From Seison nebaliae (taxonomy: Eukaryota), in the NCBI GenBank assembly GCA_023231475.1, contig JALJEE010002231.1, positions 1-64,000 on the forward strand: a stretch of DNA of 64,000 bases, given 5' to 3'. Both the position numbers and the translations under genes were made by a program. This document shows positions 24,426-38,683 of this stretch, in pieces (the stretch's first letter is position 1; each line of letters opens with the position of its first letter). The notes beneath the pieces were generated by a model, which saw only the letters and a list, made by a program, of their open reading frames with translations, was not told where the DNA came from and searched no databases.

Positions 24426-24445
24426 ATATATATATATATATATAT
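24426..24445. repeat. (AT)n microsatellite
   Basis: About 10 AT units. Confidence 0.9.
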
Positions 24446-24762
24446 TTATTTCATACAACAAATATATGGAACAAATTAAATATACAATTTTAATCCATGC
24501 AATATTTTAATGCTTTTAAACAAATTCTTATTATTTCATTTGGTGTCGATCATAATTTATAAGTAACAATATTGGAATGAAACTGGAGAATTATATTTGA
24601 AATGATTTATTCAGAATAATAAACTAGGATTAAATTGGGAAATAATCCGAGGGAAGTAACATCAGTTGATGGTATAAGAGAAATGGAATGATTGATGGCA
24701 ATGAGGAGAAGAATGAGGAGAACGGAAATAGAAACTTTATGAAGAAATCTTTAATTTTCCCA

Positions 24763-25626
24763 TCACCATTTCGGATAGGAAACCTCAAATTTATTGTAAG
24801 TGGCTTGTAAGTTGTAAGGATATAATTGATAAGATTCGGGTGTGTCTATACTTCCTGGTAATAGAGGCGTATAATATGAATATTCGTTCTTGATATTCTC
24901 CGTTCGTTTTGCATAGACATAAGAAGAAGAAGAATCTTTGTTAGCTAATGCCATTGCCGTTACATGAGATGCTGGAATGAACATATCGGAATACATACTA
25001 ATTGCATCATTAGTTGTGGCAGTATAGGATGATTGACTAGATAAATTTTGATTCGTCCTTTCCGTTAAATGTTTCGTTAATTGTTCGATATCTTCTTTGC
25101 TTTTCTCCTGCAATTGATTCGCTAAAGATAATTCATAATTCTCATTATTCTTCATCGTTCTCAATGATTGAGTGACTTCGGAGAATTCGAGTGTCGTATT
25201 CGATGAGATGTTACATTTCTCATGAACATTCTTCAGAACATCAATCCCAATAAAATCAGAGATCTCTTTCAATGACGATCTGAGTTCTTTGATATAATTT
25301 ATGGTTCGTTTCAATGTCTCGATTTTGGAGAGTCGTCGATCAGCTTCGATGGAATTAAGTGATTCGTTGGACGAAGGCGAATTTGCTGATTTATTGGGAG
25401 GATATGATCGATGATTGGTTATGTATTTGTTCGGTTCAACATTTTCCAATGGCAACTCGTCTTGTAAACGGATGAAATATTCATTAATTGCACGAACACG
25501 TCTTCTTTCTCGTTCATTTCTACGGACGTTCGTCCTCTGATTCTCGTCAATTAGACATCGTTTCGCTGCAGATGAAGTATCTGAGTTATTGGTTGGTCTT
25601 CGTTTTCGTTGATCAGTCGAATGCAT
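24763..25626 (-). CDS. Achaete-scute family bHLH transcription factor, single exon
   Basis: RRNERERRRVRAINEYFIRLQDELP..long loop..RLSKIETLKRTINYIKEL; first ATG at 25626. Confidence 0.85.
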   Translation of the reverse strand: MHSTDQRKRRPTNNSDTSSAAKRCLIDENQRTNVRRNERERRRVRAINEYFIRLQDELPLENVEPNKYITNHRSYPPNKSANSPSSNESLNSIEADRRLSKIETLKRTINYIKELRSSLKEISDFIGIDVLKNVHEKCNISSNTTLEFSEVTQSLRTMKNNENYELSLANQLQEKSKEDIEQLTKHLTERTNQNLSSQSSYTATTNDAISMYSDMFIPASHVTAMALANKDSSSSYVYAKRTENIKNEYSYYTPLLPGSIDTPESYQLYPYNLQATYNKFEVSYPKW

Positions 25627-28600
25627 TTCCAATTTGAAATAATGTGAGGGAGTAATAAAAAGTAAATTCTGGTCAAGAAGAAAATGATGATTTAGATGAA
25701 GGAGCGTTGGTTAGAGGAAAGAAAGGAATAATTATAAGATCATTCGTGTGATGAAGTTAACGTCAACACCATAATTATCTACTTTCGAACACATTTCCAA
25801 ACAATAGGAATAATTTTGTTGGGTTAAATTAACTTTTCGTGAACACGAGTCAATAAAGAAAGTTTTGTTGCACAACTGTCAAAAAGTTGAAGATCGAACA
25901 ATAATATGAATAGAATACACATTCCATTATTAGTAGTAGCACTAGGGAAATAGAAAGGATTTTAGTAGCCTACATCGAACTACTTTTCAAAATGAATAGA
26001 CAAATAGAAGATTTATTTATGTTTCATTTTTCCTCGAAAAACATGACGATGATTATTGACAAGAAATCATTCATCATCATCCTAAGTCGATGAGTCAATA
26101 AGCGCGGAAATGGATAGTCATTTGTTAACTTGTTTGTGAGCATTCGATTCTAATTCGAATATCGACATATATCTATCAATTTCCGAACAATAATAATCCC
26201 TAATAAATTTTCGCACAATTCTCTAATAATAAATTGTGATCTCTTCACAAAATTTCGTTTTAATTCTCATAATTCACTAAATCTACTTATCATCTAAACT
26301 CCTCCATCTTCTTCATTATCACTGGAGAATTTTAGTCATACCATGAAACTTTTGGATGATGTTTCCATTAAATGAACGAGTACATTTATTGAAAGAAAAC
26401 AACTATAATTAATCCAACAAAACAATTTGCTCATTCTCAAATTGACTACTTAAAACGAATAATAAATCAAATTTATCAATTAATTTAAAACTTTGCTAAG
26501 GGCTAACGATCCTCTTAGAACTACTCGATAAAATTTAACTTTCAGAATTTTCTTGTCACTGAAAGAAATGATTAATGTGAAAGAGATTTGAAAGAATTGG
26601 AAGAGAAAGTATTGAGAGAAGACGAATATGATGACTCACCTAAAATACTATCGAATGGAGAATTATGGAAAACATTTTGGTGAGTGAAGATAAAAGTTTC
26701 TCGGTGAGTAAATGGAAATTAATAAAAGAAAACGTGTTGAAAGATATGTTATTTCGTATTTCCGGATTATTGTTTGAGGTTGAGCGGCGTTTCTCCGCAT
26801 CAGCTCCAGTTTCGGCGCGCACGTCGACATTTTATACGTTTGATAATTGAATATTGGCGAAAAAACATTTTAAATATTATTCAACAATATAAACGATGAA
26901 AATGATCAGAGGAGAGAAACATTTATACAAATAGATTCGATGGTCGCTTCAGAAAGAAAGAAGGTGTGCATGTAGAAGAAGAAATGAAAAGTTTATTAGA
27001 ATAACAAATTGTTATTTGGAAGTAGTGTAATTAAAGGAGTAGTTTGTGGAAATAGAACTGGAGAATAGTGGGTACTTCATTGAATGGAGTCGGAAGATTG
27101 ACGAATATCCGTTTGAACTGGACACCGAAAAGATAATTGAATTTAATTCAATAAAAATTAAAATGTTCTTCAAGACGTTGTGTATTTATGGGGGTGGTCG
27201 GCATGCCGATCGCACTCGACAACACTTCATTAGCCTTTCCTTCTTCCAATGATGAATATCAGATCGATAATATGCACGGTCGTCGAAGATGAGGTGCACG
27301 ATTGTCTTCTTTCTTCTACTCGAACACTACTCATTTCCTTAACACGTGTCTCTTACATAAGCGATGATCGGCAATCTAATAAATAAGAAAGACGCCGATT
27401 CTCTTCAAAACAAATCGTTTATTATTATTAGTTCACATTTCATGTCTATCCATTCGGACATTACTATTCTTTCATTAATTATTAGTTGGCACATCACGTT
27501 TATCACATAGTTCCGCACACTTCCCAATTCCTTCCTCTAGAATTATCCGCAACTAATAAAAGAGAATTGTTCGGAGATTTAATAAAGCTGAACTATGAAC
27601 CGTCGTTTATGAATCGTCGTTTGAAAAGCGAATTCGGAAAAATGTCTGATATCTCTCCATTAATGGGATTTATTTGTGGAGAAGATATGTTGTCAATTTC
27701 AACATATTCGGCAGATGCTTCTACTGAAGATTTACTGTCTTAAAGTTTCCGTTAACATTTGAGAGGAAATGATAACGGAAATCATAATTAAACGAAAACA
27801 ATGAAAACTTTAGAAAGTTTGGCAGTTGACAAGTAGTTCTGATTGAATTGGACCAATTTACAGGAAGTTGACGAGTAACCAATAATTTTAGTGGGAAAGA
27901 TGCAAATAATTTAATGTCGACAAGATCCTCATCTTTTCATAGCTACTGGTTATACTAATTATCTTTCATTAATTCCACCTTGAGGCTAACAACAACTTGA
28001 CTGTATAAAAATAATGCGCACATTCTGATCACAATTATCAGGAAATCATTCTTTCCATTCTTATTCTTCAATTGATCGATTTAAATAAATCAATTCCACA
28101 TCTCATAGTCGAGTCATCATTCTCATATTTATTCAGATAAAAACAAATAAAATTTAAAACAAAAAAGAAATCTCAATTTCTCAATTTTTAGTAAAATTTT
28201 TTTAATCAAATCGAAAAGTATTTAGTAAGTTCATAGATTAACGAATGTAGGTCTCTTCTAAATATTTTTTTTCCTCATACCTACAGACTCTATACAAACC
28301 TATCATAGTGTTTGAATAATAGCGGCGAATTGCATTTTTTCCTCACATTTTTAAATGACTACACATAATGACTCACATACTTTCAAAATTGAAAATAATT
28401 CGTCGATTATCATTATTGTGTAATGATTTCTTATGAAAGGAGGAACCGTGTCTACAGATCACCTTGATGTGAATCATATTCATGTGAAAAATAATAACGT
28501 TAATTCTCTTCACGAAATGGTGACCGCAGAGATTGTATAAACATTTGGTAGGGGACAATTTTCAATCCATTTTAAAAATTTTTTACGTTTATATTATTAT

Positions 28601-29089
28601 TTATATTTTAAAATTTTTCGTATAGTTCTCAACCTTTCATGAGTTTCTGTTTCGTTAGAGTTACGTCATAACTACTATCAAATGTAAAGAATTCCCGATT
28701 AAAATGATCTATTGAGGCATTGTTGTGAATATGATTCCTATGGTTCGATAACTAAAAACTAATATAAGGTTCAACTTGTAAGTTCAACTATAAGTTCAAA
28801 TTAACTTTAAAATTTCAAATCAAGTTTTTTTCTGAAATGTTCTTCTCTTTACCCACAGGAACTAGATTTTTAGGAAATAACTTACAGTTTAAGATTGAAT
28901 TTTATCCAAAAACAAACTTTAAAGGATAAGGATTTCGAATCCAAGTTTTCCAAACTCGAGAGTTTGAGATATTGGTGATTTTTTTTAGGATAAAATTAGG
29001 ACAAGAAAGATAGGACATGATTGACTTGGAGGTTTGAAAAGTTTAGCTTTGAAGCAATAAAATTTGTTTTATCTTGAAAATTGAATGAA

Positions 29090-29843
29090 ATGAATAATGT
29101 TTTTCTTCTTCTCCTCTATTGTCTCATTTTCTGTTGTGACATAAACTCAAGTTAAATTTAAAGTTTTTTGTCAATTTAAATTTGTTTTCTGAATAAAAGT
29201 GAAGAGATCCGAAGATTTTTTCAAAAAGAAATTCAAAGATTTCGATGACAATGTGAATGCGTATCAGAATCAAGAACATATTATAGAGAGAAGAAATATT
29301 TACGATCGATTCGGTAGGAATGATCCTGATGATTTGTTACGTGGTTTCTTTCCAATTTGGCCTCTTTATTTGTTTGCCATGGGCATTGGTGCATTATTCG
29401 TGAGTTTATTAGGTTTCTGTTGTTATGCTGCTGGTATCGTTTCTCCACAATTCGATGAAGATAATGAAGAATTACCAAATCTTCCATTATCATTAATTAA
29501 TGAAAAGAATCCAACAGCATCTTGGGTACAACAACAACAACTCTTTCAACAACAACAGTTTAATAATACAAATATTCAACAACAACAACAACAACAACAA
29601 CAATTTATTAATAATAATAATATACAACAACAACAATTTAATAATGTTCAAGAACAATATCCGATATCAGCATCTATACCATTACCGATGGAAGAGATGA
29701 ATAGTCAAGTAAATATAATGAACGCCGACAATAATGGACAAGTGGAGACGAATTTAGTTGAGAATAATTACTCTTATATACCGACTTATCGACGTAACAT
29801 GCAATCAAGAAAGGCAAGAGAAGAGGAGGAAGTGTACGTGTAA
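29090..29843 (+). CDS. Orphan single-pass membrane protein with Q/N-rich cytoplasmic tail
   Basis: Signal-like exon MNNVFLLLLYCLIFCC; intron 29151-29199 (GTTAAA..AAG); TM segment IWPLYLFAMGIGALFVSLLGFCCYAAG; poly-Q/N tail. Confidence 0.65.
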
Positions 29844-30090
29844 ATTGAAATTAGTTTGTTCGACTTCACCTCCCGTAAATATGTGCGACATAAGAAGTCT
29901 GTGTGAACGTAAGGATTCATCTTTCCTCCATTCGATTATTCATTCTTTATTATGTGCTTATTCATTCCATTTTTTAATTCGTATATATTTTCATCTTTTA
30001 ATCTTTTTTCTATTTCGATCGATAGTCAAAAATGAATAAAATTCAAATTTTAAGTTTAAAACTTTTTCTAAATTCTTTTTTTTGTTGGAG

Positions 30091-30852
30091 ATGTATTCGA
30101 CGAAAAAGAAGGATGACATCGATCTAGTCGGTGAACTGGAATTACATTCCAATTGTCTGAAGAGTGCCGCCAAAGACGAATTGGAAGCGATCGACAACGA
30201 CGAATGGCGCGATTCATTTATCGAGAATTTACCATCATTCCGATCACTCATTATTGAGAGAGACACTCTCCGCAACAATTGTTACATGTTGGCAGAAGGT
30301 AATATGAAGTACAAGAAGGAGATCGAAGATTTAGATTTGGAGTTGAGGAATGTGGCGGAGAAGAATGAAATGATAACAAACGAATATGATTCGATCGAGA
30401 AATCGTATCAATCGATGATGAACCGTTTGGAACCATTGTCGATGTATAATCGTCTATTGAACCAGTACGAGGAAGTGAATGAGCAATCGGAGAAATTATC
30501 GGACGAAATGGTCAACATAAAATTTTCGAATGAAAAAATGAAAAAATATTTGGATAGTCGATCCATATTATATCGTTTAAGAATAAAGATCGATTGGTTC
30601 AAACAATGGATCAATACTAAATATAATGATTCTGATGCATTCAATTCACATTTAAATATAGCTCATCCAATCTCCAACAACAACAACCACAACAACAACA
30701 ATAACAATAATATTGATTATTTTAATCATTTGAATGAAGTGAATGATTCGAGAAATTGGGAAATTATTAATCATCAATCAATTCCATACAACGGCAAAAA
30801 CAACAACAACAACGAGAGAATTAATAGAAATTGGATTTTTAAAGATTTCTGA
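30091..30852 (+). CDS. VPS37: ESCRT-I subunit VPS37 (Mod_r domain)
   Basis: DELEAIDND..NLPSFRSL..RDTLRNNCYMLAEGNM..coiled coil..EQSEKLSDEM..YLDSRSILYRLRIKID, matching the Mod_r pattern. Confidence 0.7.
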   Translation: MYSTKKKDDIDLVGELELHSNCLKSAAKDELEAIDNDEWRDSFIENLPSFRSLIIERDTLRNNCYMLAEGNMKYKKEIEDLDLELRNVAEKNEMITNEYDSIEKSYQSMMNRLEPLSMYNRLLNQYEEVNEQSEKLSDEMVNIKFSNEKMKKYLDSRSILYRLRIKIDWFKQWINTKYNDSDAFNSHLNIAHPISNNNNHNNNNNNNIDYFNHLNEVNDSRNWEIINHQSIPYNGKNNNNNERINRNWIFKDF

Positions 30853-31218
30853 TATTGACATTTCTCATGTTCTTTCATACTCTTCCATCGTCAATTGTCG
30901 TTCACGATAAATATTATGAAAATAATTTCGAAAAAAAAAGTTTTAAGAAGAAACTCGGAAAATGTTTCCTTCAAAAAAATTGTTGTGGTCGTTGTTCTTC
31001 TGAAATTCTTTTAATGATTCTTCTCACCATTTAATTTTAATTTTTCATCAAATTATTTATTTGTAAATATTTTCTTTCCAATAATTTTTCTCTTTTTCTT
31101 TTTCTCCTCCTCAAACGATTTTAATGATAATGGAAAATTCTATAAAAATAGAATTCAATTTCTCATTATTGTATAGAAGAAAATTATATCGATTAGAAAA
31201 ACATCAGGAATTGGAAAA

Positions 31219-32311
31219 ATGAATGAAGAATTGGAGAGACTTCTCAACTCTTCATCAACACCATCAGCTGCATTTCGTGCATATTTGTTGCACTACTCTT
31301 ACTTCGTACTCTTCAGTCTGATATCATGCATTTTCTCATACGCGATCCAATTGATGGTGTGGTGGATGATGTTCAAATTGATTTTCAAATACTCTTACCG
31401 ATATTCCACCGTCTTCCTCTCTTTTCTCAAATGTAAATGGCGAAATTCGTCACAATCATTCAATACCTTCCTCTCAATGCATTTGACGGATGAATTGAAG
31501 AATTTGAAACGTCAACCGAAACATATTTTGATTTCATTAGAGACATCCATCGATTATCGATTGTTATCCAATTGTATAACGACGGCCATTTTTTATCTGT
31601 CTCATGTGAAGTCATTGAAAGAATTGACATTCATTTGTTCTCCTCATTTGTCGGAGGAGTCGATGAATCAATTACTTCGTCTCATCGGTTTTCTTTCTTT
31701 TTTTTATTGATAATAAATCTCTTTCTTTCCCGAAAATAATAAAGACGAGAAAGATGGTCCCTTATTAACGATCAAATTATTCCACAGTAATCGAGGAAGA
31801 GACGAGTTAATGAAGTTACTGATGAAGGAGAAGGAAGTATCGGGGGGAAGACGAAAAAATTCGTCAGAAGAAATAATGGAAAGTTAATTAATTTATTGTC
31901 CTATTTCCTGTCACGATGAAAATGGGGAAATAAAATTCCCTATTCCCCTCAAACAGAATGGAAGAGTCAACGATTAGATATTAATCTCATGTTATTACCT
32001 CGATGGTCAATGCAAGATAGTTGCGCATTATCATTCAGTCCACCTCATATCCATCTATGCGAGTTTATGTTAGTGAAGATGTTGTTTTCTATTCAATTAA
32101 TTTTCTATCCAAATTACCATTCCCTTCCTTCATACCCATTACCGTCTTCCTCTGATTTCTTCAACAAATTCTAATTCGTTTAATTATTAATTTTATCTCA
32201 TTTCTTTTTCTCTCTAGACATTATCATTCCATCGATGAGTTAAGATACGGCGAACGATATATGGAATTCCTTCATTCCTTCAACAATAAATCCCAACGAC
32301 TCGGTAAATAA
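31219..32311 (+). CDS. NUS1: Dehydrodolichyl diphosphate synthase subunit NUS1/NgBR, divergent
   Basis: N-terminal TM, LKRQPKHI, GRDEL, FSPPHIHLCEF and the hallmark C-terminus SQRLGK*. Introns 31688-31744, 31883-31956 and 32069-32217. Confidence 0.78.
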
Positions 32312-34039
32312 TTGACGAACTCATTGGATAACTTACAGAAATTTCTAAATTAATTTTTATTTATATCATCATTTCTCCTCCAGTTCTACGTTAATGGCGA
32401 TTGACATAAATATAATGAATTGTATATTCCAATTAAATTTAAGAGGAAATTAGGCACTTCTCATTGTGACGCAGATGTGATGCAGTTTTACCTCACGAAC
32501 TCTTATCAATCGAGGGAAGTTCAATGAAATTCTTATTCAATAAATCGATTTATTCTCATGATACTTTTAGCTGTACATACTCTCATTTTGAAACTTTCTT
32601 ATTGACATCATAATCGATGTGCACATTTCTATTCTCGTGAACATGTGCGATCTCGGTGGAGCAATGAGAGAATTCACTTATTTATTTACTTCACTCTCCT
32701 CGCCCTCTTCCAATAACACTCATATTCTTTCTTTAAGATCCTTTCGAATTATATCAATTTCTTTCTTTATTTATCTTCTCGCTAATTCAATTGATAAATT
32801 CTTTTATGTTTCTCCTTCCAACTCTAACACACATGGTGTTGTCTGCTCCTTTTGTCCGAGCATAATATAAATTCTCGAAACTTTCTACTCTAACTGATCA
32901 AGAGATATTGTCATTATCCACCTGATTAGATAAACACAAAGGAATTTGAATGAAAGGGGAGAGTTAGAGAGGTCTAATGTTATATCATTTTATACGATCG
33001 ATGTGAGGGAGTAAGAATGGACTTTGTTGTTAACTAGGAAATCAGAAGGATTGCTACGACTTCCGCTCGAACGATACCGACTGGTTGTTGTCCATTCCCA
33101 TAATATGGAGTTGGTTCTTAATTGAAACTAATGATGATTATAATTTAGAAGTTAGAAGGAAGTGAATAGAAATGTAGAAATAATTAGGAGTATATTCTAA
33201 CTAACCATTTGCTCGTTATTGAGAAGGGAATTATCCTTCTTTCCGTTTTCTTTCTCCCTTCTTATTTAACGTTACACATCGATCAATAAAAACATCTGTT
33301 ACTCATCTTCATCATGCAAACAGCTCCTTATGTGCACTTGGCCATTGACTGATTGGGGGAGGGGGGTTCCACCAAATATCGAAATAACATAAAAGAACGA
33401 AATTATAATAATATTTTAGATCCAACACTTTTACGCTCATTGCCACCTATTCATTAAAAGGAATTTCTGGGACACTTAAAATTGGCAGTTTGTCAGCATT
33501 AGTCTTTATCAATTTGTCCCAATTCTTTCATATTTATTTATTTTCGATTAATCAAAATATTCTTTGACCAGAATGATATTCTTCATTATTCTCATTTCCA
33601 TGCAATATGTTTCTTTTCATGTAAGTTCCGGGACCATTGTCAACATTGATAATGAAGAATCGTAGAGAGGTTGGGACAGAAAGAGCGGAAGTTTACCTCT
33701 TCATCGTCCTACTCAAATAAGGAATTTTGTTTATTGAACCTTTGTATCAATTGGCATTGGTAGCCGTCAAATGTTCACCAAAAGAATATATGCATATGAT
33801 GATGATCGACTAGTTGTCGTCCAAAAGAATGTGCGAACCTTGATGAGATTTATAGTCTTTGTAATTATTGTGACAACGTGCTTGTCCCCCAATAGATTTA
33901 TGTTCTTTTTTTCTTTCTTTTTCACTAATTTAATTATTCCCAATAATTATTTCATGTTGTTCAAACAACACTTATTGTGCACGGGCACAATAAAATCGAA
34001 TCAAATCTCTTCACCGCACACACACATACCCATACACTG

Positions 34040-34061
34040 ATATATATATATATATATATAT
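34040..34061. repeat. (AT)n microsatellite
   Basis: About 11 AT units. Confidence 0.9.
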
Positions 34062-34920
34062 TATGTATATATATGTAGACAGACACACGTACACACTCCA
34101 ATCCACAAAACATAGGAAGAATAGAATTAATTGCGAGAAGATTTTGCACAATCACTTGCACAATCTGCCCAGTCACGTATAACATCTATATGGAATGAAA
34201 GAGCTATATTCATGATTCTTACGTGGAGGAAAGTCGTATTATAATTAGAAATTAATTTTATAAACTTTCATGAATTCGTTTGTTATTAATGAAGACACAT
34301 GCGAAAACTAAGATGTCCATTCTCCATATGTCATGATTTGAGAAAAGTCATTGAGATGTGCATTTAATTCGGGCAAAATGAATACATGACCAATTTATGC
34401 AACATAATACGTCAATGCATGCTAAAGATACATTTATAAAATGTGCACACCAATCTTTATCCTTATCACTTCTATTAAAGAGTATATTAATGATAATATG
34501 CACGATATTCCTCAATAGTTCAATGATTGGTAGAATGTTTCAAATTAAAAAAAAAAAAGAACTATAATAAACTTCAACATTCATTTGCTTCCGTTTATTT
34601 CTCTATTTAGACGGAGGGTAAATAATCTTAATTAACTAAAAGAAATAAACAACCTTTTCATTACACATAATTCATAACTTGAAAAACAACCGAAATAAAT
34701 TCACGTTTGATCATGCGAGAATTATTCGTGAGAATGTTCATCAATAAGGAAAATACTAATTTCTTCCAAACCGATTGCTAATAAGAGAGACTACCCATAA
34801 TATTTCTCCGTCAATGACGAATCTATTCACCATCCTTTTCTTCATTTCCATTTTTCTCCTTTTATCTACTTCATTATCATATTAATTATGCGACACTTTT
34901 CTCTTCTAGTCTATTAGCAG

Positions 34921-37900
34921 ATGACCGAAGAGCAACAATTAGTTGGCTGGAAAGAGGTTTTCTTTCCCATTTCCTATCTCTCATACTCATTTTTTACTCA
35001 GCGTACTATACCGGATGTCGGCTACAACTTTTTTTCAGATGGAAAGACGAAAATCGATTTTGTTCTCGTCTACTCCGAACATCGACTGAAATCCAATACC
35101 AAATTACAAGTGCCAAACAATGGTACTGAAGTGAATTCGAATGATGTTTTTCTTTCGGACGAAGGTGAAACGAAATTGGTCAAGGGAGATCGAGACGAAC
35201 TCGCCCAAGAACGAATTCCATTAAAGAGAAAAGCCAAACAAAATCGATGGAGGAAAGATTTCCTTCAGAATCTGGAAGATATGGGAATTCTAGTCGAAGA
35301 AGTTGTAACTTCATCCTTTTTCTGATTCTCCTACATTATTCCATATCATCAGAGAGTAGAATCATCGAAAAAGAGGAATCTCCATTTCCTTTTACTACAT
35401 TTGCCAGAAAAGTTGTTGTTGGAAACGGCGGAGAAATTATGTATTCGTGCTCCCATCGACGTTTCTCTTAAATTTCACATTTCATTTCATTCTCCTCATT
35501 CAGTTTGTTACTCGAGACGATTTGGATGAGAGTGCAAGAATATTCGACCGATTTAATATTACAAATATGATGAAGATTAATGTGCCAACCGACGCAGTCA
35601 GTTGTTGCACTTGTACTTTTAAAGAGACGAAAAAATATGTCTTCCTAAAAGGAACGACAACATCCGTTTATTTCTCGAATGCTCAGCGTTCATTCATGTT
35701 ACATGATATTCTCCAATCGATACCGTTCGGCGATGAAGCGAAAGCCGAAGTTGGAATTGATCGATTAATTGCAGAGAACGTCTTCACAGCAGCTTATTCA
35801 TTACACGAAGGAGATTTTGAAGATCATCAAATGAAAGAAAAGGATGTGGATAAAAAGAAACATGCGGCACAACAATTAGTCGCCATCAACAATGATGGGG
35901 AGACTAAAACGAAATTTGATGATAAAAATTCTGACAACAATTGTGGTCGACGACGAATATTATTTGATTTTTGGGCGAATTATGTCATGTGGTATAAATA
36001 TCAGCCACTCGATCATATTCGAGAATATTTAGGAGAGAAAATCGCCTTTTATTTCGCTTATCTCGGTCTCTATACCGCTTGGTTATTACCGGCAGCCTTC
36101 GTAGGTGTACTGGTGTTTCTATTCGGTTTTCTTGGAATGAAAGATAATACGCCAGCGTTCTATTCTTTTTAAAATTCTTCTTCTCTAAAGCATTTTCTTC
36201 TTGATAAAACGAAAGTGTGGAGATCTGTGGAAAAAGCGGAAATATCTCCATGTGTCCAGCATGCGACGAAAAATTCGGTTGCGAATATTGGAAATTGAAT
36301 GAAGCATGTACGTCATCGAGAATCTCCTATTTATTCGATAATCCTGGAACGGTCTTCTATTCCATTTTCATGAGTTTTTGGGGTTTTCATTTTTTTTTCT
36401 TTTCATCATAAAATTTTCGCTTTTCCTTTTAGCTGTGGCATTTCTGGAGTTTTGGAAGCGAAAGAACGTCAGTTTAGCCCATCGATGGGATTGCTTAGAT
36501 TATGAGGAAGAAGAAGCGAGACCCCGACCCGAATTTGCTTTAAAAGCGAAACATTTGGAGAAGAATCCAATAACGGGTATACTCGAACCCAGTTTCCCGG
36601 AGAAGACACGTACAATGAGAATAGCTGTCGGGATGCTTGCTATCAGTTCAATGGTTGAATTTCTTATGTTCTATTCGAATAATAATTATTAATTTTTCAA
36701 TCTTCCTTCTTACAGATAGTTCTTGTAATCATTTTCATATTTACTGTAATTGTTTATCGAATCCTTATAAGCATTCCATTATTTCTCGGTTCTAATACAC
36801 AGTTCATTTTTTAGTTTTTCAATCAATCGATTTTATATAATTCTCTCAATTCGCAGTAAATATGCGAAGAATATCGCTTCATTAAGTGGAGCTATTCTCA
36901 ATCTTATCATCATTCTATTACTTGGGAGAATATATCAGGCACTGGCAAAGAAATTAACTGCTTGGGGTTCAATCTCTTTCTTTTATTCAACCACAAACAA
37001 TTCCAATTTCTTCCGACTTCTTTACAGAAATGCATCGAACACAAACTGACTATGACAATAATTATACGATGAAAGTGTTCTGTTTCCAATTTTTGAATTT
37101 TTATTCATCTTTAATATATGTGGCATTCGCTAAAGGAAGGTAAGAATTATTCTTTCTCGAATAAACGGAATAAATTATATTTTCCACTTTTTAAGGTTCA
37201 TAGGTTATCCGGGAAAATACATCAGAATTTTCGGTTTACGTCAAGAAGAAGTTTGGAAATTTTTTTCTTATTTGTTTTAAAATTTTAATGAAAAACCATC
37301 CAAATTAGTGTTCACCGACGGGTTGTATGGCAGAATTAACACAACAACTAGCCGTGATCATGATCGGGAAACAATTGATTAATAATGTTCAAGAAGTAAT
37401 GCTTCCGTTCGTCATTTATTATATGAACTATTAAGAAAATCCGATTTATTATTTGATTGATTCAGAAAAGCGAAAGCGGCTTTCCATCATTTTCGAAGTG
37501 GAGTGAAGAATTCAAAGAAAACGTTCGAACAATATTATAAGGATTATAAATTGATAGATAATGAAGGATTATTTGAAGAATATTTAGAAATGGGTTTGCT
37601 TTTTTCCTTAACAGTTTTCCAAAATTTCTCTTTTTCAAAAAACAGTTCTACAATTTGGTTTCATCACAATTTTTGTGGCGGCATTTCCATTAGCGCCATT
37701 GTTTGCTCTAATCAATAATTGGATTGAAATTAGATTGGATGCACAAAAATTTATTTGTGAAACAAGGTGGACAATTTTTTCATTCTCTCGAATAATAATT
37801 TATTTTCAAAGACGATCGTTGGCACATCGAGCACAAGATATTGGCGTTTGGTTCAATATATTGGAAGCGATTGCTCAGATCGCCGTCATTTCAAATGTTT

Positions 37901-38545
37901 CCTCCTCCAAATCATTTTTCGTTATTCTTATTCCTCATTCATTTCAGGCATTTCTCATCGCATTTACATCTAATTTCCTTCCGAAATTACTTTACCAATT
38001 CGAACATAATGGAAGTCTTGCCGGATATATCGACTCCACTCTTTCAACATCTGCGACGAACACGACTGTGTTGGAATGTCGGTTAGGATAATTATAGAAA
38101 AATATTGAAAATAATTTCTTTTTTTCAGCTATCGAGATTATCGTCATTTGAATGGAACTTATACGCCGACCTTCTGGAAACTATTAGCATTACGACTGGT
38201 TTTCATCATTGTTTTCGAAGTTAATTCTCCCTCATTAAACTTAACTAATTTGTTCCTTTTCTTTCTTACTTTCTTTCTTTTATTCGTTATCAACAATTCG
38301 AATTTTGATGATGATATAAATCTGATTTGGGGATGGGAAATCAGCATACGGTCTTTGGGATAACACGATTAATCGAAGTTTTAGTACCGGACGTACCGAA
38401 GAAATTGGAAGTTCTAATCAAAAGAGAAAGATATTTAGCGAAGCAAGCTTTGGCAGATAGTTCGATTCATTCGAAAACGAGAGGAATTCACAAATCACAA
38501 CGAAGTGTTACTTATAACTGCGAACTGAACGTTGAAGCGAAATAG
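34921..38545 (+). CDS. Anoctamin/TMEM16, ANO7/ANO4-like, 17 exons (5' end uncertain)
   Basis: [95 protein letters not shown]. Sixteen introns between 34957 and 38344: 14 GTT, one GTAAGA (37140) and one GTGGAC (37767). Confidence 0.94.
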
Positions 38546-38683
38546 ATAAGGAATTTATTTATTTAATTTTCACACTGAATGAAAATCATGTTCACAAAAC
38601 AAACAACAACATTAATAATATAATAATAATAATAATAATAATAATATTCTTATTCCGGTTGAGATAATAATAAATTATTCTTT

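Noticed and set aside
28920..28950. tRNA T-loop-like TTCGAATCC
   Set aside because: No cloverleaf or A-box around it.
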